Assembly (NCBI GenBank): GCA_945829115.1
Contig: CALZTP010000001.1
Span: 18,316 to 82,315, forward strand
From: an uncultured bacterium
GTDB taxonomy: Bacteria > Bacteroidota > Bacteroidia > Bacteroidales > Bacteroidaceae
DNA length: 64,000 bases
Direction of reading: 5' to 3'
In this document: in pieces, positions 1 to 10,542 of the stretch
How positions within the stretch are numbered: the first letter of the stretch is position 1
Layout of the letters: each line of letters starts with the position of its first letter
Position numbers and translations under genes: made by a program
Notes under the pieces: model-generated
What the model saw: the letters and a program-made list of their open reading frames with translations, nothing else
Told to the model about the DNA's origin: nothing
Databases searched by the model: none

Positions 1-123
1 CGAGAGGATGTCCAAGACACTAATGTTCTGGCACATCCTCCCGTGTGTTTATTTCTAAAATTCTTTCTAATCTTCTCCAGACTCCCTTTATTGAGAGAAG
101 GAAATCAGGAAAAGGGTCTTAAA

Positions 124-3111
124 TTAGAGTTTCTGCTCGACCTCGATTTCTGTGAAGGTCTCGATGATATCGCCTGTCTGAATGTCGTTGCAGTTAACGA
201 GCGAGATACCACACTCAAGACCAGTGGCAACCTCCTTAGCATCGTCCTTGTAGCGCTTCAGGGCATTGATGTTTCCGGTGAAGATTACAATACCATCACG
301 AATAAGGCGAGCCTTATCGCTACGGTGAACCTTTCCGTCAGTAACCAATGCACCAGCGACAGTACCAACCTTGGAAATCTTGAACACCTCACGAACCTCA
401 ACCTGACCAGTGGCAACCTCCTTCTTGATCTTATCGAGCATGCCCTCCATAGCAGCCTTGATATCGTCAATAGCATCATAGATGACACTGTAGGTATTTA
501 TTTCCACACCCTCGTTCTCTGCAAGCTTCTTTGCTGCTGTTGAAGGACGAACGTTGAAGCCTACAATCATACCGTTCTCAGCAGTAGAAGCAAGCATAAC
601 ATCGTTCTCTGAAATCTGACCAACAGCGCCCTGGATGACCTTCACCTCCACCTTCTCTGTAGAGAGTTTGATGAAAGAGTCGGTGAGTGCCTCCACAGAA
701 CCCTGGGTGTCTGCCTTGACAATGAGGTTAAGCATGTGGAACTCACCAAGAGCGATACGGTGAGCAATCTCCTCAAGAGAGAGCGTCTTTGTGGTGCGCA
801 GACTCTGCTCACGCTGCAGCTGCAGACGTTTGTTGGCAATCTCTCTTGCCTCCTGTTCTGTCTCCATGATATGGAAAGAGTCGCCTGCTGATGGAGCTCC
901 GTTCAGTCCAAGAATAATTACTGGCTCAGAAGGTCCGGCTTTCTCCACTCTCTGGTTTCGTTCGTTGAACATAGCCTTGATACGACCGTAGTAAGTTCCA
1001 GCAATCACGATATCTCCCACCTTCAACGTACCGTTAGAGACGAGAACGGTTGAGATATATCCACGACCCTTATCGAGAGAAGCCTCAATGACTGAGCCAG
1101 TAGCCTTTCTGTTTGGATTTGCCTTCAGCTCCAGCATCTCTGCTTCAAGAAGCACCTTCTCCATAAGTTCCTCAATGCCATTACCCTTCTTTGCAGAAAT
1201 CTCCTGACACTGATATTTACCTCCCCATTCCTCTACGAGGAGATTCATCTGTGCGAGTTCCTCACGCACCTTGTCGGGATTTGCTCCTGGCTTATCAATC
1301 TTATTAATTGCGAATACCATAGGAACGTTTGCAGCCTGAGCGTGTGCGATAGCCTCCTTTGTTGTAGGCATCACAGCATCGTCAGCAGCAACGATAATGA
1401 TTGCGATATCCGTAACCTGCGTACCGCGAGCACGCATCGCAGTGAACGCCTCGTGTCCAGGGGTATCAAGGAAAGTGATTCTTCTTCCGTCTTCCAACTT
1501 CACGTTGTAAGCACCGATGTGCTGAGTGATACCACCAGCCTCACCAGCGATGACGTTTGTCTTGCGGATATAGTCGAGGAGAGAAGTCTTTCCGTGGTCT
1601 ACGTGTCCCATTACAGTTACGATAGGAGCACGGAACTCGAGATCTGTCTCATCGTCGTCTTCTTCAGTGATGGCGTTCTGCACCTCAGCAGAAACATATT
1701 CTGTAGAGAATCCAAATTCCTCTGCCACCATGTTTATGGTCTCTGCGTCAAGACGCTGGTTGATAGACACCATGACACCGATAGACATCAGCGTACCAAT
1801 AAGTTTAGTGACAGGAATGTCCATCATTGTGGCAAGTTCAGAAACGGTAACAAACTCTGTAAGCTTCAGCACCTTGCTCTCTGCTGCTTCTGCTGCCATT
1901 GCAGCATCACGCTGTTCTGCAGCAGCATCACGCTTGTCCTTACGGTATTTCGCACCCTTTTTGTTCTGCGTCTGCTTATTGGTGAGACGAGCAAGAGTCT
2001 CCTTTACCTGGCGTGCTACAGCCTCATCGTCAACCTCCTGAGGCTGGTTAGAACGCTGGTTCTTTTTCTTGTTCTTCTTGTTGTTGTTGGCATTGCCCTG
2101 AGCGTTCTGCTGGTTTTGCTGAGCGTTCTGCTGACCCTGATGCTTGTTTTTCTTGTCTTTCTTAGACTGATTTACAACATCATTTATGTCGACACGCTCC
2201 TTGCCGATTCTTGTACGTTTCTTCTTAGATGCGGCTTCACGAATCTGCTGTGCCTTCTCTTCTCGCTCACGTCTCTTTTCCTCACGACTCTTCTTCTTAG
2301 GGCGAGTGCTCTGATTGAGGGCGGAAAGGTCTATTTTCCCGAGAACGTTAAGAGTCTGTTGTGGCTTCTTATTCTTTTCCAGACGGAAAGGCTCATTGCT
2401 TTCGTTTCCTTCCCCAGTAGCCTGATTGCCTGAGGTTCCTGCATTTGCTTGTGATGGTTTCATATTCTTTTCTTCTACCTTCTCTCTTTCGTTTGCTTCC
2501 ACTTCCTTCCTCTCTTCTTTCTTACCATGAACAGGCTTTATATCCTTTGAAGGAGTTGCATCGTTTGAAGAAGATCTATTTTCTTTCTTCTCAACATTCT
2601 TCTTCTCCTCATTCTTTTTATATTCAGGTCTTACCTCTAACTTCACCTCAGCCTTTGTCCCTGGCTTTACGTCTGGCTTCTTCTCCTCTTTCTTTGCCAC
2701 ATCCTTCTTCTCCTCTTCTGGGAGATGCTTTTCAGAAGGCTTTTCAGCATTGTCCTCAACGTTCTTTACATCAGCCTTCTTAGGCTTATTGAGATCGTCG
2801 AGGTTGATTTTTCCAAGGACCGTGTATTTCTGCTTTGACGCAGGCTTCTCTACGTCAGCAGCCTCCACCTTCTCCTCTTGCTTGTTTTTTTCTTCTTTTC
2901 CTTGCTTGGTTTTGTGAGACAGTTTCTCTGCCTGTGAGCGCACGGCAGCATCGCTCACAAATTCAGCCTTTAATCCTTCATACTGTTCGTCTGTGAGTTT
3001 TAGGTTGGGATTATCGGTTCCCTCGATACCATATTTCTTTTTCAGGAAATCAGCAGCTGTCTGCAGTCCTATATTCAATTCTCTGATTGCTTTGTTTAAT
3101 CTAATGCTCAT
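124..3111 (-). CDS. infB: Translation initiation factor IF-2
   Basis: GTPase motifs [20 protein letters not shown]; long Lys/Glu/Asn/Gln-rich N-terminus; follows nusA in the rimP-nusA-infB operon. Confidence 0.98.
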   Translation of the reverse strand: MSIRLNKAIRELNIGLQTAADFLKKKYGIEGTDNPNLKLTDEQYEGLKAEFVSDAAVRSQAEKLSHKTKQGKEEKNKQEEKVEAADVEKPASKQKYTVLGKINLDDLNKPKKADVKNVEDNAEKPSEKHLPEEEKKDVAKKEEKKPDVKPGTKAEVKLEVRPEYKKNEEKKNVEKKENRSSSNDATPSKDIKPVHGKKEERKEVEANEREKVEEKNMKPSQANAGTSGNQATGEGNESNEPFRLEKNKKPQQTLNVLGKIDLSALNQSTRPKKKSREEKRREREEKAQQIREAASKKKRTRIGKERVDINDVVNQSKKDKKNKHQGQQNAQQNQQNAQGNANNNKKNKKKNQRSNQPQEVDDEAVARQVKETLARLTNKQTQNKKGAKYRKDKRDAAAEQRDAAMAAEAAESKVLKLTEFVTVSELATMMDIPVTKLIGTLMSIGVMVSINQRLDAETINMVAEEFGFSTEYVSAEVQNAITEEDDDETDLEFRAPIVTVMGHVDHGKTSLLDYIRKTNVIAGEAGGITQHIGAYNVKLEDGRRITFLDTPGHEAFTAMRARGTQVTDIAIIIVAADDAVMPTTKEAIAHAQAANVPMVFAINKIDKPGANPDKVREELAQMNLLVEEWGGKYQCQEISAKKGNGIEELMEKVLLEAEMLELKANPNRKATGSVIEASLDKGRGYISTVLVSNGTLKVGDIVIAGTYYGRIKAMFNERNQRVEKAGPSEPVIILGLNGAPSAGDSFHIMETEQEAREIANKRLQLQREQSLRTTKTLSLEEIAHRIALGEFHMLNLIVKADTQGSVEALTDSFIKLSTEKVEVKVIQGAVGQISENDVMLASTAENGMIVGFNVRPSTAAKKLAENEGVEINTYSVIYDAIDDIKAAMEGMLDKIKKEVATGQVEVREVFKISKVGTVAGALVTDGKVHRSDKARLIRDGIVIFTGNINALKRYKDDAKEVATGLECGISLVNCNDIQTGDIIETFTEIEVEQKL

Positions 3112-3271
3112 CTACTGTTCTTTTCTTCTTTTGTTTTAAGCAGTAATATACGTTTCTTTTTTCTTCCTGCCTCACCTCCGAACACTGGTGAGAGAAGAAT
3201 GTCACTTTGAGAGGGTAGTATATTGGGGCGGCCTTTCATTCACCGCCCCAATAATGTTTTTTTCGAAATTT

Positions 3272-4531
3272 TTACTTCTCGAACTCGCTTCGAAGTACAG
3301 AAAGGACATGATCGACGGTCTCTTCCTCAAGGTCTGCCTTTTCAATAAGCATATCGCGAGGAGCGTTGAGAACAGACTTTGCAGTGTCAAGTCCAATTGC
3401 CTTGATGGCATCTATTACCCATCCGTCAATCTCATCATCGAATTCCTCAAGGTAGATGTCCTCATCCTCTCCATCGTTGGAGTCACGATAAACATCAATG
3501 GTATATTCAGTAAGGAGAGAAGCCAACTTGATATTAAGACCATTTCGACCGATAGCGAGGCTAACCTCCTCAGGAGCGAGGAAAACGTCTGCCTTGTGGT
3601 TCTCCTCATCGAGAGTGATGCTGTTGATATGTGCTGGAGCGAGTGCTCTCTGTATGAAGATCTTTATGTTTGCAGAGTAGTTGATGACATCGATGTTCTC
3701 GTTCCTCAATTCTCTAACGATACCGTGAACACGTGCACCCTTTACACCTACGCAAGCACCAACTGCATCAATGCGATCGTCGTAGCTTTCCACTGCCACC
3801 TTGGCACGCTCTCCAGGAATTCGTGCTATACGACGTATTTTGATGACACCATCATGAATCTCTGGCACCTCCTGCTCTAAAAGTTTCTGAAGGAAGAGCG
3901 GACTTGTTCTTGAGAGAATGATCTTTGGGTTGTTGTTCTCGTTCTCCACACGTGCTATGACCGCCCTTATAGCATCACCCTTTCTGTATACGTCAGTAGG
4001 AATCTGCTCTGACTTTGGAAGAATTAGTTCGTTGTTCTGGTTGTCGATAACGAGAATCTCTCGCTTCCAAGTCTGGTAAATCTCACCAGTGATAATTTCT
4101 CCGACACGGTCTTTGTAGCTATTGTAGAGCGAGTCGTGCTCAAGTTCAAGAATTTTTGATGCGAGAGTCTGTCTGAGGTTAAGGATTGCTCGTCTTCCGA
4201 AGCTTGCGAAGTTAACAGGTTCTGAGACCTCCTCGCCAACCTCATAGTCATCGGCGATCTTCTGTGCCTCACGGAGTTCGATTTCCTTGTTCTCGTCTTT
4301 CACCTCTCCATTCTCCACCACGACTCGGTTTCGGTATATCTCAAGGTCTCCCTTGTCAGGATTCACGATGACGTCAAAATTCTCGTCGCTGCCGAAAATC
4401 TTTGCGATTACGTTGCGGAAGCTTTCTTCGAGTACGCTAACGAGTGTTGTGCGGTCAATGTTCTTGGTATTCTTGAAGTCGTTCAAGGTTTCGATCATTG
4501 ACGGCTGTTCTATTGTTGATTTTGTTGCCAT
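3272..4531 (-). CDS. nusA: Transcription termination/antitermination factor NusA
   Basis: S1 and KH domains (RIPGERAKVAV, DAVGACVG, LAIGRNGLN); operon position. Confidence 0.97.
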   Translation of the reverse strand: MATKSTIEQPSMIETLNDFKNTKNIDRTTLVSVLEESFRNVIAKIFGSDENFDVIVNPDKGDLEIYRNRVVVENGEVKDENKEIELREAQKIADDYEVGEEVSEPVNFASFGRRAILNLRQTLASKILELEHDSLYNSYKDRVGEIITGEIYQTWKREILVIDNQNNELILPKSEQIPTDVYRKGDAIRAVIARVENENNNPKIILSRTSPLFLQKLLEQEVPEIHDGVIKIRRIARIPGERAKVAVESYDDRIDAVGACVGVKGARVHGIVRELRNENIDVINYSANIKIFIQRALAPAHINSITLDEENHKADVFLAPEEVSLAIGRNGLNIKLASLLTEYTIDVYRDSNDGEDEDIYLEEFDDEIDGWVIDAIKAIGLDTAKSVLNAPRDMLIEKADLEEETVDHVLSVLRSEFEK

Positions 4532-4534
4532 TGT

Positions 4535-5002
4535 TTATTTGAAGTTTATTATGTATTTCGTATATTTCACGTCGTTCATGTCAAACGTCCTGTCGGTTTC
4601 AACGAGCTGTGGGCGCTTCTGACCCTCCAACTTCTTCTTTTCCTTGACAGTGACAACAAAAGTAGGAGCATCAACACTCTTCAGGATTCCGGAGACTTTC
4701 TTCCCGTCTTTCTGAAGAACTTCCACTTCCTCGCCGATACAGTTCACATACTGCTGAACGACCTTGAACGGCTGTCCTATTCCTGCAGAGCCCACCTCAA
4801 GTTCGTAGTCTTCTTCATCGCGATTGAGATGATCTTCAATGAATCTACTCAGTTCTGCACAATCTTCAATCCATACACCGTCTTTATGGTCGATTTCTAC
4901 CACGATACGGTCGTCTGGAGTAACATCTACGTCAACAAGGAAATATTCCTTGTCTTGTAGCCATTCGTTTACAAGTGTCTTTACTGTTTCTTTTTTTATC
5001 AT
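4535..5002 (-). CDS. rimP: Ribosome maturation factor RimP
   Basis: IEDCAELSR and YELEVGSAG motifs; directly upstream of nusA. Confidence 0.95.
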   Translation of the reverse strand: MIKKETVKTLVNEWLQDKEYFLVDVDVTPDDRIVVEIDHKDGVWIEDCAELSRFIEDHLNRDEEDYELEVGSAGIGQPFKVVQQYVNCIGEEVEVLQKDGKKVSGILKSVDAPTFVVTVKEKKKLEGQKRPQLVETDRTFDMNDVKYTKYIINFK

Positions 5003-5122
5003 AAATAAATGACTGTTGTTTTACCCTCTGAAGCCTGCAATGCTTCTTTGGGTTGATAGGAGTGTAATGAAAGGCGGCATGGCAAAATGTTCTGAATACA
5101 TGTTGCCAGCATACCTATATAA

Positions 5123-5154
5123 GAATGAGAGACCTCGCTGGAGGCCTCTCATTC
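5123..5154 (-). promoter_or_regulatory. 5-prime leader hairpin of the rimP operon (possible rimP leader RNA)
   Basis: 12-bp stem GAATGAGAGGCC/GGTCTCTCATTC just downstream of the -7 element. Confidence 0.5.
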
Positions 5155-5167
5155 CACTGAACAAATG

Positions 5168-5175
5168 CAAAGTTA
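5168..5175 (-). promoter_or_regulatory. Bacteroidota sigma70 -7 element for the rimP operon
   Basis: TAACTTTG matches the TAnnTTTG consensus. Confidence 0.65.
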
Positions 5176-5285
5176 CTGCTTTTTTCATTAATTATGGTAA
5201 GTCTATATAATTAGTGTTAATTCTTTAAATATAATTAACTATATCACTTATCAGAAAGCATGTTTTCCGAGAAAAAGCGTTAACT

Positions 5286-8200
5286 TTGTACGAAAATTCG
5301 AAAAACAATTCTGCACACTTGCTTATGCCTTCAAAGAACCCTTCCTTCCACGAACTCTTCAACAGAATTCTTTGGGTGATGGAACATCCAGAACAGAATC
5401 TATCCATACGGTTGTCGCACATGCATACAACTCTCGTGCTTATATGCCATGAGGCGTTAAAAGACAGCCGCGGAAGTTTCGGAAGCCTTTTTGCACAAAC
5501 CGACTTTCTATGCCGTAGGCTGTCTCTTTCTGTGCCCGACACCATTGAAATTCAAAAGATGCGAAGAGACTCCAACGGTCTTGGAGTAGAGGAAGAGGTT
5601 ACAGAGGAAGACATCAAATACGACTGTCGCGCTCTTGCCATCCTGCTCTCTGCAGTTATGAAGAGTGGCATTCCAGAACCTTTGTTCGGAATGCTTCCCC
5701 CTACTGGTCGCCCTCGTCCGAAGGGTAGGCACATAGACTGGCGAAATGTCCGTGGAATAACCATCAGCGATGGTTCTCTTTCTGGAGAACAAATCTCTAT
5801 GCCTTCCAGTGAGAAGACTGATTCAGAAGCCTCCCCCTCTCCTATTTTCCGTCTCAGAATGCGCCTTGAGGATGGCGGAGATACTGTTCTTGTCAATGTA
5901 AATGAAGAAGACAGTTACCTGCAGAAGATTGTGAACGATGGCACAATGCTCTCTCTCGTTGATGTACATGAGGAGGAAGACGGTTCTTTGTCGCCAAGGT
6001 TCATTATTGTTGAACCAGACTATCTTCTGGATATCTCCTCTGTGGCAAGGTGCTTTACCGACTATGGACATCACCCTTTGGCATACTTCGTGAATATGCT
6101 TACCTCAGCAGCAAACAGTCAGGCTATACTCCTTGGAAATTTTGCTGGAAAGATGCTTGATGCTGCTTTGCGAGCAGAGGTTCCCGACCGTTCTCTTTGG
6201 CGAAATGTTCTCTCCTCTCATTTCGCCAAGGAAGCCTTGAGTTATGCCACTTGTTCGGAGTTTCACCCAACGACTTTCAAGGCTCAATGTCAGAAGCAGG
6301 CAGAGAATATTCTTGAGATTGTTAGTGAGTTGAGGGCTGTGACTGAAGGGAATGGTATTAGGAATGCTTCTGAGTATGCTTTCCTCCTTGAGCCTTCTTT
6401 CCTCTGTCCGGCTTTAGGTTTCCAAGGGCGTGTAGACCTTATGACCAGCGATATGCGTCTCCTCGTAGAACAGAAGTCTGGGAAGAACTTCAATCTCGAG
6501 AATCATCTGAAGAGTAAGCATGGAGCATTTCAGAAAGAAGACCACTATGTGCAAATCCTGCTCTATTTTGCTATTCTACATCAGAATTTCAATGTTCCCA
6601 TACCAAAGCTCGACCTACGTCTTATGTACTCCCGATACCCCTTGCCCGATGGTTTACTCGTGGTGAACTATTACCAAGCTTTGCTGAAGGAGGCTATCAT
6701 GGTGAGAAACAGAATTGTGGCAAGTGGAATGTTCTTTGCTAAGGAGGGCTTCTCGCGAAAGATGCTCCATCTCCTTGTTCCTCAAACTCTTAACGAAAAC
6801 GGTCTCAGCAACAGATTCTACAAGACATACATTCTTCCACAGTTAGAAGAGACTCTCGCGCCACTGCAGAAGTTATCGCCTTTAGAAGAGGCTTATTTCT
6901 GTCGCATGGTGACGTTCCTTTACAGAGAGCAGGTGGTGGGCTGTCTCGGAGTTCAAGAAGGCACTGTTCATGGCATGTCAGACATTTGGAATATGCCTTT
7001 CAATGAGAAAGTTCTTCACGGAGAGATTATCGTTTGTGAGGAAGGAAGCATAGAAGATGGTTTTGTGAACGATATCGTTTTGCTTCGTACAGACGATAGG
7101 GAGGTGAATTTCCGTTGTGGAGACAGCATTATTCTTTACCGTTTCCCTGCCACCGTGGAGCCTGACGCCACAAAGGCTATTCTCTACAAAGGAAGTATCA
7201 CAGGACTTACGTCTTCAGAAATCTCCATTCATCTTCTTGACGCACAAAATCTTAACCAGCAGAAAGGAATATCGGGAAGTCTAAAAATTCAAGGCTTCGG
7301 AGCAGGGAACTGTAAAAAAGAAGGATTGAAGGGAGAAAGCTCTTTTGCAGAAGAGAGCGAGAGTTTCCGTCCTATGAGATGGGCAATAGAGCACAACTAT
7401 TCTTCTTCCGGTATAAACAAGGGGTTGAATGCTTTGTATCTTCTCGCTTCCTCTCCAAAGGAGCGGAGGAATTTGCTTCTCGGACAGCGAATGCCAGAAT
7501 CTGACACTTCTGTTTCACTTACGAAATCTTACCATCCTTCATACGATGAGGTTGTTCTGAAGGCTATGCAGGCAAAGGATTATTTCATTCTTGTGGGACC
7601 TCCGGGAACAGGGAAGACATCTATGGCAATGAGATTTATTGTTGAAGAGCAGTTGGCGAGAATAAACAGCTCTTTTAGACTTTCGGGAAATGGAAACGAG
7701 GAAGCAGCAGGCTTGCTTCACGAAATGGGTAGAAGGCGCTCAGATATTCTCCTTACTTCATATACCAATCGTGCCGTAGACGAGATTTGCTCTATGCTTT
7801 CTTCCGCAGGAATAGACTTCCTGCGTATCGGAAGTAGGTATACCTGCGACCCTCTCTATCATGACCGCTTGGCAGAGACGGTATTTGCAGAAGACGGTTC
7901 GTTGGAGAGAGTTAGAAGACGGATAAGGGAAGTGCCTGTTGTTGTTGCCACCACTTCCACTCTCATGTCGCATCAAGAGATTCTGCAGTTGAAAAACTTC
8001 TCACTGACCATTGTTGACGAGGCTTCTCAGATTCTTGAGCCAGATATCATAGGCTTGTTAGCACGGTTAGGGAAGTTCATCATGATTGGTGACTACAAGC
8101 AGTTGCCTGCGGTTGTACAGCAATCGCCAATAGATTCTGTGGTAGAAGAACCCGTTTTGAAGGAGATAGGACTTACCGACTGTAGGCATTCACTTTTTGA

Positions 8201-8960
8201 GAGACTGCTCTCTTATGTTTCTGAGATTCCCAACTGTCTTGGGACATTGCACTGCTATGGCAGAATGCATCCCATAGCAGCAGAATGGCCAAACACAATG
8301 TTCTATCGTGATGAAGACTTGCGCCCTGTGCCTCTTCAGCATCAGAAGGAGAAATATCCGTATGGCAATCCGAAAGAGCTAATAGAGAGACTTTCAACAA
8401 GGCTGCTGCATCTCGTTTCAAAGACTTCCTTTTCTCTTCTCCTTAGAGAGCGTATGCTGTTCGTGGATATAATTCCAGACGATGATCTGAGTGATTCGAA
8501 ATCAAACAAGGCAGAGGCAATTGCTTGCGGAAGGTTGACAAACGCCATTGCTGCTTTGTTTGGAAAAGATTTTGATGCTTTGAAGAGTATTGGTATCATA
8601 GTGCCTTACAGGAATCAGATTTCCTTGATACGCAGTGAGATTGTGCGCCATGGAGGTGAGGCATTTGCAGACAACATAACCATTGATACTGTAGAGCGTT
8701 TCCAAGGTTCTCAGCGTGATATTATTCTTTTCTCCTGCACTGTAAGTCAGCATTACCAGATAGAGTTTCTCACTTCAAACACGTTCACAGCCGTTCAGCG
8801 CACCACACATGAGGGTTATGATGTAGATAGGAAGCTGAATGTTGCTCTCACGAGGGCAAGGAAGCAGATGATAGTTATAGGCAACGCTTCACTTCTTGCT
8901 TCGGTACCGCTTTACAAATCGCTGGTTGACCATTCGGTAAGAATGCCTATGAACGACTAA
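5286..8960 (+). CDS. Dna2/NAM7-like protein: RecB-type PD-(D/E)xK nuclease fused to an SF1 helicase
   Basis: Nuclease motifs GRVDL, VEQKSG, QILLY; helicase motifs GPPGTGKT, VDEASQ, GDYKQL, TVERFQG, NVALTRAR. True start may be the ATG at 5325. Confidence 0.85.
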   Translation: MYENSKNNSAHLLMPSKNPSFHELFNRILWVMEHPEQNLSIRLSHMHTTLVLICHEALKDSRGSFGSLFAQTDFLCRRLSLSVPDTIEIQKMRRDSNGLGVEEEVTEEDIKYDCRALAILLSAVMKSGIPEPLFGMLPPTGRPRPKGRHIDWRNVRGITISDGSLSGEQISMPSSEKTDSEASPSPIFRLRMRLEDGGDTVLVNVNEEDSYLQKIVNDGTMLSLVDVHEEEDGSLSPRFIIVEPDYLLDISSVARCFTDYGHHPLAYFVNMLTSAANSQAILLGNFAGKMLDAALRAEVPDRSLWRNVLSSHFAKEALSYATCSEFHPTTFKAQCQKQAENILEIVSELRAVTEGNGIRNASEYAFLLEPSFLCPALGFQGRVDLMTSDMRLLVEQKSGKNFNLENHLKSKHGAFQKEDHYVQILLYFAILHQNFNVPIPKLDLRLMYSRYPLPDGLLVVNYYQALLKEAIMVRNRIVASGMFFAKEGFSRKMLHLLVPQTLNENGLSNRFYKTYILPQLEETLAPLQKLSPLEEAYFCRMVTFLYREQVVGCLGVQEGTVHGMSDIWNMPFNEKVLHGEIIVCEEGSIEDGFVNDIVLLRTDDREVNFRCGDSIILYRFPATVEPDATKAILYKGSITGLTSSEISIHLLDAQNLNQQKGISGSLKIQGFGAGNCKKEGLKGESSFAEESESFRPMRWAIEHNYSSSGINKGLNALYLLASSPKERRNLLLGQRMPESDTSVSLTKSYHPSYDEVVLKAMQAKDYFILVGPPGTGKTSMAMRFIVEEQLARINSSFRLSGNGNEEAAGLLHEMGRRRSDILLTSYTNRAVDEICSMLSSAGIDFLRIGSRYTCDPLYHDRLAETVFAEDGSLERVRRRIREVPVVVATTSTLMSHQEILQLKNFSLTIVDEASQILEPDIIGLLARLGKFIMIGDYKQLPAVVQQSPIDSVVEEPVLKEIGLTDCRHSLFERLLSYVSEIPNCLGTLHCYGRMHPIAAEWPNTMFYRDEDLRPVPLQHQKEKYPYGNPKELIERLSTRLLHLVSKTSFSLLLRERMLFVDIIPDDDLSDSKSNKAEAIACGRLTNAIAALFGKDFDALKSIGIIVPYRNQISLIRSEIVRHGGEAFADNITIDTVERFQGSQRDIILFSCTVSQHYQIEFLTSNTFTAVQRTTHEGYDVDRKLNVALTRARKQMIVIGNASLLASVPLYKSLVDHSVRMPMND

Positions 8961-8962
8961 AA

Positions 8963-9008
8963 AAGGTGGCGAATGCCCTAAGAATTTCTTAATGCATATC
9001 GCCACCTT
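8963..9008. terminator. Hairpin between convergent genes, likely bidirectional terminator
   Basis: AAGGTGGCGA...TCGCCACCTT inverted repeat. Confidence 0.65.
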
Positions 9009-9050
9009 CGTTATATTACACCTTCTATTAAGGTGTGCAGAGAGAGTATT

Positions 9051-10487
9051 TTACTGCTTTGTAAGAACGACACGGTTCTTTCCTTCACAAGCAAGGAAGA
9101 GCTGAACCTTGTAAGTGCCTTCACCTTCAGGAGCGTTGAGATCCTTACCATTGTTCTGAGAGAGGTTTGCGTAAGCTGTTGGGTCGCCATTTGCTCCACC
9201 CCATGAAATAGCCCAATCGTCGTTCATGGCAAACTTGAAACCGTCCTTCAGAGATGTTGTAATCTCCCAGCAGCCAGCCTCAGGGTTGTAGGTCATGTGC
9301 TGAGCAGCATCATTTACTGTCCAGCTGTTATGGTTGCCCACACAAGTGATTGATTTCACCTCTGTCATCTGAGCAGTATTAGTAACAAGGTCGACCTTCA
9401 TCTCATAGAAGCCGTTAAGTGAAGGGAAGTTAGAAGCTCCGTTAGTATCGAATGAGTACTTGTTGTTTCCGAGGTCTTCAACCATCTCCCAGTCGCCATT
9501 CCAATTGTCGGCATTTGGCTTGAACTTATATTCACCGTCCATCCAGCAATAGCCAGTATAGAGTCCGTCACCGTTGTTAGAAAGAGGATTCACACCACTC
9601 CATCCAGTATTGTTACCAATCTCATAGATATAGTCTGAGAAGTTGATTTTCTCAATAAGGTATGTGCCCTCCATAACGTCGAGAGTAATCTTCATATACT
9701 TAGCATCTCCATTTACGGAAATCATGAATGAGCCATCGTCAGAAAGATCAGAACGACGTGCGAAGCTACCCTTCTCACCAATGAGGTTCTTTCCGTTACC
9801 CTCACGAGCACCAAAAACGTTTGACCAATCGTTAGTTTCCACAGTCTTGTCGTCAGCGAAAGCGAACCATGTTTCGCCCTCTGCAACAGGGACGGTGATT
9901 GTAAAGATAGGATTGTCGTAAACACTCTTTGAATCATCGTGATTGAATGGAAGAGTAGTACATGTTGGGTCCCAAGCGGAAGGAGCACCGATAAGATACA
10001 TGTGAGGATAAATCTCAGGAGCATCAAGAATGGCAGAAAGCTTGAAAGGATTGCAAGTCTTTGATACCTTCACGATGCCGTCTGCAGTATTTACAGCAAC
10101 AACGGCACTTACCTCGACATCGAGAGTGCGCTCAACAGGAGCCTTCCCGAAGAAAGTTTCAATAACAGACTGAATTTCCTTCAGTGCCATAACGGCATCA
10201 GTTCCGACCGTAAACTCAACAGGTTCTTTTCCCTCTGTAGAGAAAGAGACATTGAATTCTTCGGCTGATGCGACACCCTCTGCGAGGTTTGTTGAGAAGA
10301 GAGCGATAGTCTCTGGATTTTCTGCTGCGAAATCGATCCTTTGAACAGAAGGCTGTACGGTGAGTTCGAACTTCTCGGCAGCCTCGTTAGCGGCATTCTG
10401 CTGTGGAGATGCCCAATCGTCGTAGTCGCCGTTGCAGGAAGCGAGTCCTGCAACCATGGCGATTCCGTATATTAATTTTTTTACCAT
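9051..10487 (-). CDS. SusF/SusE-like surface glycan-binding lipoprotein (DUF5115-like)
   Basis: Lipobox LASC followed by acidic NGDYDD; CBM-like modules (YKFKPN, FKFAMNDDWAISWG); last gene of the susCD cluster. Confidence 0.8.
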   Translation of the reverse strand: MVKKLIYGIAMVAGLASCNGDYDDWASPQQNAANEAAEKFELTVQPSVQRIDFAAENPETIALFSTNLAEGVASAEEFNVSFSTEGKEPVEFTVGTDAVMALKEIQSVIETFFGKAPVERTLDVEVSAVVAVNTADGIVKVSKTCNPFKLSAILDAPEIYPHMYLIGAPSAWDPTCTTLPFNHDDSKSVYDNPIFTITVPVAEGETWFAFADDKTVETNDWSNVFGAREGNGKNLIGEKGSFARRSDLSDDGSFMISVNGDAKYMKITLDVMEGTYLIEKINFSDYIYEIGNNTGWSGVNPLSNNGDGLYTGYCWMDGEYKFKPNADNWNGDWEMVEDLGNNKYSFDTNGASNFPSLNGFYEMKVDLVTNTAQMTEVKSITCVGNHNSWTVNDAAQHMTYNPEAGCWEITTSLKDGFKFAMNDDWAISWGGANGDPTAYANLSQNNGKDLNAPEGEGTYKVQLFLACEGKNRVVLTKQ

Positions 10488-10542
10488 AGTAATTTCGTAT
10501 TATATATTAATTATGTGTGTTTATAACAAACGCCACATCTAC

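Noticed and set aside
1342-2433. 363-aa plus-strand ORF
   Set aside because: Antisense shadow of infB with no recognisable motifs; explained by codon bias of a highly expressed gene
5016-5210. 64-aa ORF between rimP and the helicase
   Set aside because: It overlaps the rimP leader and promoter on the opposite strand and has no coding features
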